Source of the DNA: Takakia lepidozioides
Taxonomy: Eukaryota > Plantae > Bryophyta
Direction of reading: 5' to 3'
Assembly (NCBI GenBank): GCA_030704615.1
Contig: CM060734.1
Coordinates: forward strand, 14,880,001 to 14,944,000
Length of the DNA stretch: 64,000 bases
Numbering within the stretch: position 1 is the stretch's first letter; the number at the start of each line of letters is the position of its first letter. Under the pieces are notes generated by a model that was given only the letters and a program-made list of their open reading frames with translations, was not told the DNA's origin and searched no databases. The translations under genes were made by a program, and so were the position numbers. This document shows positions 38,940 through 51,189 of this stretch, one piece after another.

Positions 38940-39485
38940 CTATGCTATCAACTTCCAGACTTCTCTCAAAGTGCCTCGCTCTGCGTGATGGTAAGGTGTA
39001 GGAGGTATATCTATGTCCAGAAACCTGCCACTAACCTTGTCCCAAGCTACAGTAGCTCGCTCTAACCAACCCTCCTCCTCTTTCTGCCAGGTAGAGACAA
39101 AGCAATACTCCCCTATCTCCCGCTCACTGAACACTAAAGAAAACAAAGGTAGGGTCTGATAGTCTCTCAACTCGAAAGCTTTGAGACGGTTGCGGGTGTC
39201 CTCATTGCGAATGACTGCATCTCCTTCACGCACAACAAACATGTCATTGCTGATGAACCCCCGCTCGTGGTTGCCCTGTGCAGAGCGTATCCGGCTGCAA
39301 CCATGTCTGATTGCACAAACTTGTGTAGCTCCTGCTCCTCTGCTCCAGTACACCACGGCCTTGTGGCTGAACACCTTGGTCCCCGGGGTTGTCTTTGGCT
39401 GTGTTCCAAGCCTAGCTTTCACCCACTTTGGTATTTCACCTACAGCTGCAGAACTGCTGGCTCCAACAGAGTTCTGACTGTCCAA
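38940..39485 (-). CDS. Uncharacterised extra ORF upstream of gag in family C copy 1
   Basis: 181-codon open frame with globular-looking composition, same strand as gag. No recognisable motif. Confidence 0.35.
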   Translation of the reverse strand: MDSQNSVGASSSAAVGEIPKWVKARLGTQPKTTPGTKVFSHKAVVYWSRGAGATQVCAIRHGCSRIRSAQGNHERGFISNDMFVVREGDAVIRNEDTRNRLKAFELRDYQTLPLFSLVFSEREIGEYCFVSTWQKEEEGWLERATVAWDKVSGRFLDIDIPPTPYHHAERGTLREVWKLIA

Positions 39486-40214
39486 GGCGATATTGAGGCC
39501 CTCAATGCCAACTACAGCAGTCTATTGTCTACTGCTAATGCCTGACTCCCAGTATACAATCAACTCGTCCAACTGTTCTCCACTCAAATCAGTCTGAGTT
39601 CCTTGGGAAACATAAATCTTGTCCCCTTGTGTGCACAGGCTAAGAGAAGAGACCTGCCCTTCAATTACGTCCTCATTTCCCCCAGCCATGCAAGGAGTAC
39701 ATCCACAAATTTGTCTCTCATATAGACCAGCACAGGTTCTAGAGACAGGATTGTGGATCTTTCATGGCACACTCACACTCTAAAAATTCCATAGATTTTT
39801 AGCAGAGTCCCAAAAACAAAAACCAGGTCTAGATAGGTAGATTTCCCCTTTCTGCAGCTATCCCCTCAAGAACTGAGTCAAACGGAGCTCATTTGACAAA
39901 GATATGACCAACAGGCTCTAAATCATTTAAATTAGATCAAAATGGCTTTTTTTTTTAAAATTATTTTTTTTTAACACCAAAACTTTCTCGCCATTAAAAA
40001 CTGCTCCCTTCTCCATTGGTTTTCTGCAGTGCACGGGTGCCGGCATGTTTTTTTTTTTTTTTTTTTTTGAGGTCTTCACGGAGCCCACTCACCTGTATGG
40101 CGAATACCTGTGACAGCCCACCTCGGCCTTTTTCCATCAGTTTCTAAGCTATCCTTCTACACTCATCAACATCTTTTGTCTTCTTCGCTTCGCTTCCTGG
40201 CTGTAGCTGTTTCG

Positions 40215-40643
40215 ATGGCGTTTGTAGCAGGTTACTCGAAGGCTTTGAAAACTGGTTTGGCGGTAGATGCCATCTCCAACAGAGAGGCATCGTCAGCAAA
40301 GGCTTCGTCGAGCTGAGCTCCAGTAGATGCAGTTCACTTGACGGAGGGCTTACTTGGGAGAGCCAGCTTCATCATCCACAAGAAGTCGTCTTTCTCGCTT
40401 TCCTTTTGTAGAGCCGTCACTGACGGGAACCTCTGTCTGTTTTTCTAAACCTGCCAGGCACAGTCTAAAACCTTCATGTGCGATTGCCAAGGCTTTTGCC
40501 GTGGGAGAAGACCCGGACTGGAATGACGATGACTATATTGTGTTAGGCTTGGCTCACTGCTTTCAAAAGATGATGATGGAAAGCTCAAGGACGCATTGAT
40601 TGTGGAGCCCGTTACTGCTGGGACCTTTGAGTGTATGGAGAAT
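40215..40643 (+). pseudogene. First-exon fragment of a probable plastid-targeted protein of cyanobacterial-type unknown function
   Basis: Ser-rich transit-peptide-like start, then DDDYIVLGLAHCFQK[-1 nt]DDDGKLKDALIVEPVTAGTFECMEN|gt. From memory it resembles a cyanobacterial hypothetical family (DY.V.GLA.CF...EP). Contains a stop and frameshifts. Confidence 0.5.
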
Positions 40644-41799
40644 GTGGGTAGAGCCCCCAATGGCCGCATTCAACCGGCTCTTCACCTCAGCTACAAGCCA
40701 GTTGCCCCCTAAGCCAGGTTGGCACCAATTACAGACTAGGTTGCACACAAAAACATCGGAGGAGTGAACTTCGTTCCTTTACTCAACTGAGCATCACCAG
40801 TCGCAATCCATAGCAACAGCCCTTTCATAAGGAACAGAGACACAAGTCTCCAAGAGCACATGAAACCACATGCAGGTGAAGGTGATCTGCCTACAATTTG
40901 CTTGTCACAGCTTTGCTGCAACAGACACAGCATACCCATTAGACGGAGTAGAAATGGTCCTGTGCATTTCAGAGCTTTCCTGGAGAACTCGTCTGACCAT
41001 CCTTCTGCTACAATTGTGCATGTTGTTTGTACTAGATTGTTGCAAAAGCTACCTGCAAGTGAACAGAGTGGCATTTAGCATTTGCAGCTGACCCCTACAA
41101 CCTCGCAAGCATCTTGTCCAGAAAGCTGCTGTATTCGGTAAAGCCACGTTGCTAATGTGAACTGCCTCCACAGCTGAGCCTCTGTTGCCGTCTCAATGTC
41201 ATCCCCTCCACGCTCCCGGCATGCCCACCAAATGAAGACCTGGAAACAATATCGATCACCCGGCAACGTAACCCTGCAGCTTAAGCGACTGTCGACCATA
41301 TAATGGCTAGCCAGTCAACGCAACGAGCTCCGCCCTGCTCTGATCTGCCAAAGAATCTTCACCTATTCATCCTTTGCACTCCCAGGGTAAGACGAGACGA
41401 GCTAGTCCGTGGCCTGGGCTCCCTCCGCTTCAGGATTGTTGATCAAATGTAGCACCTTGGTTGTTGACCGGTCATATTCCCCGTGTCCTAGTTTGGACTC
41501 CAAGACTGCAAGAGTGCAGGTATCAGCGTTCACAGCTTGCCAGCGCTGCTCCATGCTGCACGGTAGAGCTTCTCTACAAGCTTACTGGGGAAACAATCAT
41601 CCAGCTTCAAGGATCACGCATAGGTGCCAACTAGCTGCTGTTTTAAGTCTCTCCTCGTGTACTCCAAAGCCTCTGGTGACTTGGTAGCTTTAGCGACTGC
41701 AATAACAGTGGCGGCTCCGGCATCGTCATCCTCCAGGCGTTTCAGGGCACGCTGAATCTTGTGATCACATTCAATGATATGCTTCTCAAACTAAGCACT

Positions 41800-42226
41800 A
41801 CTTACACACATGTTATCTTGCAAGTGCTAACCCTCAACTCCTACCTTGCACTCACAGGTAAGAGTCATCTTTCTCGAGTGATAGAAAACCAACGAACACA
41901 CTGTTTACACAAAACATGAAAACCAAACCATCACTCTTAGAAATAGTAGTCGAGCCAGGGGCACCCCAAGCTATGGGGACTCCACCCCACAACAACCTGT
42001 ACCCCTACATAAGCACACTCAAATCTAACCGCATGTAGGAGCTTGGTCGCGCAGGCTCAACTCGAGAAAGATGAGCCGCGCGACTGCCGCTCTCGTGAAG
42101 ATAAGACGGACCAGGTGTCAAACTAAACTTGACATCTGATTTAACACTTGACCTAAATCCAAGTGTTAAATACAAATAACTAGTTTTATTCTAGCTGTTT
42201 TCACACTGTGCTTATTTAACTTGACA
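41800..42226 (-). repeat. LTR-like 5' terminal segment, family C copy 1
   Basis: Begins TGTCAAG on the minus strand; collinear with 45850-46247 (tctttctcgagtgata, ggctcaactcgagaaagatgagcc, tttcacact..aacttgaca). Confidence 0.65.
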
Positions 42227-43599
42227 GGCACCGCCACTGGTGCTGGTGCAGCAGTAGCTTGGGTGGACGTCGTAGCTATGGTATCACCAGTCCCACTAGT
42301 CCCACTGCTGCTTGCTGAAGCTGCCGGTGCAGCGGCAGGTGTAGCCACTGCCCTCGTGGCTCTAGTGCCCCTAGTGATGGAGACATAGTCGGGGGACCAG
42401 TACATCCTCCACTCCTCGATCTCAACCTCATGCCCCCGTTTTAACTCATGGTAATCATCCATAGGCGGCCCCTCAAGGTGCTGAAACAGCCCCTTCCATG
42501 CCATGAAAGGCGTAAATAGTTGTGGATTGCGCATTTGCTGCAAATCACACCAACTATCAAACTCTTGGATGAAATCATCCAACTCGATTGTGCCCACTGC
42601 CCGAGAGTACCTTCGTGGCCCCTTGGTAGCTCCATACATCTCCTCCATTGTGTCCCACAACAATGGCAAGGAAACAACTTGCACCGCCGGTATGAGTCTT
42701 CCTGATTCACAATCCGAATCAGAACCTTCCGTAGAAGACACAGGAGGTGAAGGTGGCCTAATCCGCACACCTTGTCTCGTGTACCCACTAGTATCGCTAG
42801 TGCTTGAACCGGCACTCTCCCCAGCAACTAGTGGCACCTCCGTGTTGACAAACTGTCACTCAACCAGTCATGAACATGTCTCTAACCCCCTCTCCACAAG
42901 GTAACAGGGTAGAGAACCTGTTGCGGCTTATGGTTTGGAATACTAGGTTCCTAACATAGCCCACACCTGCACCTGCATCCACCGCAAGCACTCCTATGGT
43001 TGGCTGGTCATCACCTCCAACCTCACCACAGGAGAAACAATGATGGTCTGACTGGTCATCACTCCAGCCGCACCACCGACAGCATACTCTAGGATTGGCC
43101 GGTGATCAAATCCGGCCTAATCCCTATGAAAGCAAGCGCCCACACAAAACTAACATGGCGCACAATCAAGCATGCAGGTATGGAGGGGATCCAAACACAA
43201 GACATCAGAACGACAACTCCCCCACACCAAAAACAACTCCACGGTGTTGCTCCTGCAAGGACACCCCAGCCCAAACCCGGACTGACTCTTGCCTCCACCT
43301 ACGGAAAGGTCTTGGCCTAATGAGAGGGTGGAAAACTACGAGGAAGAGAAGCTAAAGCAATGCCTAACCCCAGCATGCTCTCATCCCAACACTCTTCCTC
43401 TCCTCTCTTTCCTCACTTGCATAACCATGGGAATATCATGAAGATATTCCTCAAACCGCCCTCCACGAGCGTCAGAAATTTGGCCTTCAAGACCACATGC
43501 CAGTCCTTAGGCAGTCCACCAATGCCTCCACGAGTCAGCACTGGCCCTCCACAGGTCAACACGGGCCACCACAAACCAGCCCAGGCCTACACAAATCAC

Positions 43600-44480
43600 T
43601 GGTCACAGCCGTCACAGCCCCACATAGGCCCCAGCCCCAAAGGCCACAGGCGCAGCCCGTCACAGCCCCTCACGGCCTGTCACAGCCCCAAAGGCCACGG
43701 GCGCAGCCCCTCACAGCCTGGCACAGCCCCGAAGGCCACCGGCGCAGCCCCTCACGGCCCGTCACAACCCCGAAGGCCACCGGCCCAGCCCGGCACAGCC
43801 CCAAAGGCCACCGGCGCAGCCCGTCACAGCCTGTCACAGCCCCAAAGGCCACGGGCACAGCCTGTCACAGCCCGTCACAGCCCCAAAGGCCACGGGCCCA
43901 GCCTGTCACAGACCCTCACAGGCCATCACAGCCCCCAAGGCCACCGGCACAGGCCCTCACAGGCCCTTACAGCCCCGAAGGCCACCGGCGCAGCCCGTCA
44001 CAGCCCCGAAGGCCACCGGCGCAGCCCGTCACAGCCTCGGAGGCCACCGGCGCAGCCCGTCACAGCCCCGAAGGCCACCAGCGCAGCCCCTCACAGCCCC
44101 TCACAGCCCCTCACAGCCTCGGAGGCCACTGGCGCAGCCCGGCACAGCCCCTCACAGCCCCGAAGGCCACTGGCGCAGCCCGGCACAGCCCCTCACGGCC
44201 CGTCACAGCCCCGAAGGCCACCGGCACAGCCCGGCACAGCCCCAAAGGCCACGGGCACAGCCTGTCACAGCCCCAAAGGCCACGGGCCCAGCCTGTCACA
44301 GCCCCTCACAGCCCGTCACAGCCCCGAAGGCCACTGGCGCAGCCCATCACAGCCCATCACAGCCTCGGAGGCCACCGGCGCAGCCCGTCACAGCCCGTCA
44401 CAGCCTCGGAGGCCACCGGCGCAGCCCGACACAGCCCCTCACAGCCCCCAAGGCCACAGGGACAGCCCGTCACAGCCCCA
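43600..44480. repeat. GC-rich compound minisatellite (cacagccc / gaaggccaccggcgcagccc modules)
   Basis: Dozens of 10-30 bp modules; gives stop-free frames (400 and 335 aa) of repetitive peptide. Confidence 0.95.
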
Positions 44481-44899
44481 TCCATGGCCGCTCTGGCAGT
44501 TTAGCCATTTCTCCAAGGGGTTTAGCCACGCCAAGCTAGGGTTTGTGTCTCTTGGACTCTAGGCTTCTTTGCACCGAGCTATGGTGGCTGTGAGGAAATC
44601 AGCAAGGTATTCTTGCTCTTTCGGCTCCCACACACCACCAATAGTAGCCCTAAGCCATGAGGTGGTTGCCACAAACCAAGCCTTCTTTTTCACTTAGCCT
44701 CCCCAACCACGCCACTAAACTCAATGGCAAACAACCAAGCCTTGCTGGTTTCTTGCCCTTGTGAGCACTCATTCAAGCACTCTCCTTGGCCATAGCATCT
44801 GTCTTAGAGCCTATTCCAGCCCCCTGCACCTGCCACTTCAAGAGCCATGCTCTATCTAGGCTCGGGGTTGAAACCCCAACTCACATATGCCCTACAAGT

Positions 44900-45350
44900 G
44901 TTTTTCTTTCACCCAAGTGGGAACCAGCCCTAGCCCTTCCATTCTAGCTCTCTAAAGCTTGAAAACAAAAGCCCAATGGACTGAAGGCATGCTCCACACA
45001 TGCCCCACTCTCACCACAAGAGAATCAGCCCTTTTGCTTCCTTTCTTGCACCTACCATCTTGAAAATACAAGCTTCAGCGGGCTGAAAGCATGCTCCACA
45101 CATGCCCTACGGGGAAACCAGCCCCTTCCTTCCTTTCTTGCACTCCCAAACCTGAAAGTACAAGCCTTCACCAGGCTGATAGCATGCTCTACACATGCAT
45201 TGCCCTCACATAAGGGAAGTCAGCCCTTCCCTCTTCTTTGCTTGCCCTCCAAGCTTGAAGATAGAAGCTTCAATGAGCTGAATACATGCTCCACACATGC
45301 AACCTCTTCACACAAGAGGAATCAGCCCCCTATCTTGGCTCCTTGGCTCC
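44900..45350. repeat. ~100-115 bp tandem repeat, ~4 copies
   Basis: ctga..gcatgctc(c/t)acacatgc and cagccc..cttgaaa/cttgaag recur near 44980, 45083, 45175 and 45277. Confidence 0.7.
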
Positions 45351-46247
45351 TTGATGCTCTCTAAGACAAGACTAAGCACTCCACAGCCTTTGCCAAGCTC
45401 TTGAAACCCTAAGGCTTACATTTCCAGCCACAAGACACTCCTCTTGTGGTGCAAGAGCTTTTCTTCCAAGCTCTGAAACCCTAGGTGCACATTCCATGGC
45501 CTTGCCACACCTCTTAGCTCCTGTTCCAACCCCGCTCTTGCCATGGCAAGAGCCCTCATACCGCTGGAGTTTCAGATTGAAACCCCCAACTCAACATAGC
45601 CACAAATGCATTGGCTTGCATACAAGAGAAATCAGCCATCTCTCTTCACTCATACCTCCTTATGAGCTTGAAGTTGGAGCTCCTGATAACTGTGACTTAC
45701 ATCTAACACCCTCGCAGCTCCACATTGCTGCAGCTCCTTAGCTCGGCTTGCAGCTAAAGAAGACGACCACCAGTTCGCCTTTGCACTCTATCCACTTTGG
45801 ATAGGCTAATGTACGGATCCCTGCACTCTAGGCTGAACCGCTTCTCATGAAAACACAAGTGCTACAAAACAACTCGAACCTAGCACTCACAGACTCGAGC
45901 TGATCTTTCTCGAGTGATAAAGAAGAAGAAGAAGAATACAAGCACAAGCTCATGCGAGCTCACAAAGCTGAAGCATCAACTCATGCATATATAAACTCAT
46001 TACTCAAATACAAGTCAAGCCAAGTGCACCCCACGCCATGGGGAATCCACACTACGGCGCCATAGCTAGGCGCGGTGAGGCTCAACTCGAGAAAGATGAG
46101 CCTCTCGCGCTTGCTGTGAAGATAACCACTCCAGGGCCTAAATCTGCCTTGACCCCTGGATTGACACTTGGGCCAATCCCAAATGTCAATATGTAAAAGC
46201 TAGCTATTTCCTAGCTAGTTTCACACTAGTGGTAAAATAACTTGACA

Positions 46248-47030
46248 CGTCTTTCAACGTCCCGCCAAACTGCGCCAACAACCCTTCCCAAAAGGCTGCT
46301 GGCATGGGAGGCATCTGTTGGTCCGTCGAAGCTCTCAGGGATTCCTCGGGCTCCGACTCCTCAGATTCCTCCCGTTCTTGAGCGGCCTCGCTTTCAAAAG
46401 CATGCATCGCTTCCTCAAATGGCCGCTTCGGTGACACGTCGCCCCCATCGGGCTCACCAGGATCATCATCTTTCGGGCCGTTCCGCTTTCGCTTTGGCTT
46501 GCCCGACCCCATGATGAGGCCGATCCCAAGGACGATCGCGTACTGAACTCTAAGCTCTGATACCAAGTGTCGCGTACCTCACTTCGGTAAGCTCCCCTTC
46601 AAGTCATAGTTACTCACTTTGATGCGCGCGCCTAACTCCCAACCTGGCCGCCGGGCCAACTCAGAGCTTCGGCTGCTCACCGGGACATAACGGTCCCCCT
46701 TTTCTCCCCCAACAGACCCTCCACCAGTTTGGGCCTAGTGGAAATTCCCTTTGGTAGATGGCAGTCCGGAATAGCTCCCCACTTCTTGGTCGCTTTCCGG
46801 CTCGCTCGCTTACTTACTAGTTTTTTGTTACTAACGGGCTTGCACCATTCTCGGGGTTACTACTCCCTATATATACTTCTGTGACTGTCCGCGGGGGTTT
46901 CACAAACAACCATGCCATTTTATGGCGAACCACCACGAAGACCCTCGATTCCCGGTGATGAGTCGCGGTGAGTCTTGGCCCACCCACCACGGCCCCATTG
47001 GACTGTGATGAGTCCCAAGACTCCCCACGA
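46248..47030 (-). mobile_element. Family B Gypsy fragment, copy 2: partial LTR (from 46568), Met PBS (46554-46565), gag start
   Basis: Collinear with 27890-28657; MGSGKPKRKRNGPKDDDPGEPDGGDV vs MGSDKAKQKRNDPKADEPSEPGGGDV. Confidence 0.85.
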
Positions 47031-49864
47031 CTCCCACCACAAGGTCTCCGCCCCATGGTGAGTCCTATGCCACCCCCACTAAGTCCCACTAAGCTACCGC
47101 CACCGCAACTCGGTGTGCGGGCCTCCACCTAGTGAGTGCCTCCACCTCCTTGAGTGCCTTGGGCACTCAAGGGTGCTTCAACCCCCGCATCTATTGTTGC
47201 CACTGCCCCCACCACAGGGGCAGCCCCTCTCGTGTCCCGACCCCCTACCCTCAAGGCAAAGGGCCGTGACACCATGTATTCCTCTGGCTGCATCCCACAA
47301 CAAGTTTTTGCCCCAATGCACGCAATTGAGAAATGTAAATGGTTGCCCATCCAATGGGAGGTTGTGCCGATTGTATTCAAAAACTATCGGCATAATATCC
47401 TCCAAGCCCACCAGCTCATAGAAACGGCGATTGGTGCACGACATTCTGGGCAAACACCCATCCGCAAGGATTTCTGGATAAGACACGTGGGATGGAACAT
47501 ATGTCCACATGATCAAAGCACATGACATCCCTCTGGGCCGTAAGGATTCATGCACATCGAACAAAGTGTGTCATCTGATATCTATGACGGCAAAATGCCT
47601 CGTGGTATCTCCTCCCTCTCGGCCGTGTCGATATGGCTGCTCATCCTTGTTGTGGTGTCCCACTCCTCCTCTATCTCTAATTCCCAATTTATGCTTCTCT
47701 TCGATTTCGAAATTTTGTGCTCACATCGATCGAACATAGATTCACATCTACCCAGTTGGTATACCCGGCGAACATGCTTGATGCGTTGCGGAGATCATTA
47801 TACCTTTGGATAGTTGCAGGGTAAGGTGGACCAAAAACGGCAAATGCTACCTTCCATGGAAATCCATGACCAAATTTAAAATTGACGATATTTCCCCCAA
47901 ATAATTCAAATGGTGATAGACAATGGTATATTTAACATATTTAGTAAAGGGTCTTACCCCAAATATCAAAGATATGTTTTACTATAATTTTTAGTATTTA
48001 ATTTGAATAACATCTGATATATCAAAAATTAGATTACATCGATTTGTCTATAAACAACCAAGCCATTGTAGAATATATTTTTGTATCATTTGCAGTAAAA
48101 TATGACACCTCAAAAGCCCAAAACACAAGATGTACTAAACTAGAACAAATCCACCTATATATAACACTCATATTAATCCATAGGTAGTAAATAACAGCTG
48201 ATATTGTCATTTTAAATTGAAATTTAGAGTGTTCTCTAAATTTTCCCCCTTATCTCAAAAGTTCAAAGCAATACATCAAAGGCACAATGGCTTATTTTGA
48301 GTCCATGTATTTTCATATGCAGCGGTGACAGTCCACAGTTGTCGTGTTCAAAAGTCCATACCTCTTGGACATTTTATTTGATTAACAATTTGACGGTTCG
48401 CAATTTGACGGGTAACAATCCGCAATTCGTTGTTCCTCAACCATGGTTTCATCGGCCGCAGGGTCAAGGAAGTCCGTAATTCCGTGAATGATGCGGTCAA
48501 TACTGCAATCGAGCATTGTAAACTCCGCGGCCTGGTCCACGTCGTTCGTTCCAACCTCATTATGGACAGTGCCTTCATTGTTTGGAGGCGTGTTTTGAAA
48601 TCTACACTCCAACTCGGCTATGCACAGTCTCTGTCATTCCATAAGGTCCTCCAGGGTCCTGATTCGCTGATCTCTCGCCAGTTGTTCTTCTAATGTTCCG
48701 GATACTTGTTGCACCGGTGCCTCGGGGACGCCCAATATCACAGCCTGGGGTGGACAAACGTGTCCAGGATGTTGACGAAATGGTATTGCATCGTTGCGTT
48801 CCCCCTACTAGTAGTTTGTCAATTCACTGGACGCAAGTATCACCTCCACGTACAACATGGCTGCCAAGGTGTATGGGAATTGGCCCATTAAGAGTGGTTG
48901 ACCCCACAATGTACAATGCACCTCATTCGCCCTATACCGGAAATGCAAGTTCGTGCGAGACCTGGACTCTGCGTAATTGTTTCTGGTTTGCACGTCATGC
49001 CTATGTCTAGGCCACAATCGATTGATATGGTACCATTTAACAAATATTTTGTCCACCATCGTCCACCTTAACTCTTCCGAAAAATCCTCCCAGCCCTCTT
49101 CTGCTAGTATACTAGGGTCATCATATACTTCCCAATTCAAGTCATGCCTTGATCCTTTGATTTTCTTAGGGGGCGGTCTATGTTCATTGGGGTCATCTCT
49201 TCCATGACGTTCATCGTCGTGGCTCTCTGCCATTTTGTAACAATCAGAGCAACCCTAAACGAGGTTTACTAAGAAGTAACAGACAGTTAAACACTACTCA
49301 AGCAAACGTGAAAATGGCTAAGAACTAAACGACAGGTAAACACATGGCGATCTGGAGGGAGACAATACTATTGACCCTAAGTACCTTTGGGTACCCAGGG
49401 GTACCACTCTTCCCCCCATTTTCAAAGGTCACCGGGTGCCCGCAGGGCATCCTTTTTTTTTATAGGGCCCACCCCTGGCAGTAGCCGTAAGGCAAAGTGA
49501 CTATTAGTTACGCCGGTTTCAGCCGGAGTCTTCTCTTTCTCTCTATTGATCCTAAACCCTTAACCCTAAACGGGTTTGAATAAGTGCCAGAATGGTTATT
49601 AAAAACTAATTTTGTAAAATGAAATGATCCTGGAAGCCAGAGGACCTATGGGAGCATTCTGCAACGACATCACAGAAATCGCGGCAAAAAATACCCCCCA
49701 CCCAACCAATGGCCTCATTCTCCACGTGACTACATGTCGTGGAATAGTTACATGCCACGCACACTGAAGTTATGTGGAGAGGAAGTGAGGGGAGAATGAG
49801 CCTCCCTTGGCTTATATGCCCCCCCCCCCCCCGCCTCATTCCTCGGGCCACGCGCAGGGGCCAC

Positions 49865-50620
49865 CTTCTAGAAGCGACTGCCTCATGTTTCAAAAATAAA
49901 AAAATTTGAAACGACCGCCAGTAATGGCGATCGCCTTAAAAAACATTATAAGCGACCGCCATTTCTGGCGGTCGTTTCATTTAAAGAATAAAATATTTAT
50001 ATGGTGGTCGCCTAATTAAAATAGAACATTTAGAAGCGAGGTCGCTTAATTTTTAAAAAAACAATTAAAAAGACCGCCAATGGTGGTCGCTTCATTTAAA
50101 AATAAAAATAATTAGAAGAGACCGCCAATGGCGGTCTCCTCATTTAAAAAAAAATAGAAGCGAGATCGCTTCATTTAAAAATAAAAAAATAGAAGCGACC
50201 TCCAAGGGCAGTCGCGTCATTTAAAAAACAAATGAATTAGAAGATATTGCCAATGGTGGTATCCTCATTTTAAAAAATAAATTAGAAGCGAGGTCGCTTC
50301 ATTTAAATATATATATATATATAAGCGACCGCCAATGGCGATCGCGTCATTTAAAAAATAAATAAATTAGAATAGACCGCCAATGGCGGTCTCCTCATTT
50401 AAAATACGTGGTCACTTCATTTAAGGAAAAAAAAAAATCAACCACCATTGGCAGTCGCCTCATTTTGTTTTTAAAAATGTAAGTGAAGTCGCTTCATCTA
50501 AAAGAACAAAAGTAGAAACAACCGCCAATGGCGGTCGCTTCATTTAAAAAATTAATTAATTAGAAGAGACTGCCAATGGCGGTCTCCTCATTGCCGAGGT
50601 CAATTCGATGCGACCGCCAT
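49865..50620. repeat. Array of palindromic GACCGCCAATGGCGGTC-type units with A-rich spacers
   Basis: Roughly 15 full or half units of the form agaagcgaccgccaatggcggtcgcttcatttaaaa. Confidence 0.85.
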
Positions 50621-51189
50621 GAGGACCGACAACCGACAACCAACAACTGACAATTTTGTGCAGAGTTGGAAGCATTGGCGCAATTGTTTTTCATTACACA
50701 AACAAATCACCGAACACAAACATGAGCAAGTGACCTCGCCTTGGCCGGCATTTTGGGTGGTATACACATGGGCAACATCTTTTATTTCCCAAGACATACA
50801 CAACAGCAATACAATAGTCATAGTGACAACGAACACACAAGTATTACTTCACTACAGAAATGTAAACATGTCCACAAAAATGTGCTGCTGGATGCCTAAA
50901 GTTGTTTTGCTTCAATTCCTTCTGCTACTTCGACGACGGGACGAAAAAAATCCTAATCTTGATGCTCCGATGGGCTGAAAATCTGAGTCACCTTCGACTG
51001 CCACTACAATTCCAACTTAACCGACGTGTTGCGCAACAAACCCGTGGTTCCTCACATGCCAGACCATCTAATGTTGGTCCTCTCAGGCACACCCCCCTCC
51101 GAGACCTCATTCGAGACCACCTTCGAATGCGTCCCAACTCCATAAACGATAGAGAACAGCCCAGTCTTTTGTAGGCGATCGGCCCTCTG

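Larger units (their letters stand above)
31400..42226 (-). mobile_element. Decayed Ty3/Gypsy (family C, copy 1) encoding gag-PR-C5 DNA methyltransferase-RT-RH-INT; 3' end truncated, 5' boundary inferred
   Basis: Collinear minus-strand ORF chain from 38420 to 31400 (domains listed below). The LTR-like start TGTCAAG at 42226 is shared with copy 2. Confidence 0.85.
42227..46247 (-). mobile_element. Family C copy 2: 5' end, long leader and start of gag, interrupted at 42227 by copy 1
   Basis: ORF 42166-42837 is nearly identical to copy-1 gag (MEEMYGATKGPRRYS.AVGTIELDDFIQEFDSWCDLQQMRNPQLF). 42919-43310 matches 38472-38850. Confidence 0.75.

Noticed and set aside
40718-40728. TGGTGCCAACC (minus strand) as the family C PBS
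   Set aside because: Not preceded by an LTR-like CA end, and no counterpart seen in copy 2.
43360-44562. 400-aa and 335-aa Pro/Ala/Ser-rich ORFs
   Set aside because: By-products of a minisatellite lacking stop codons in several frames.
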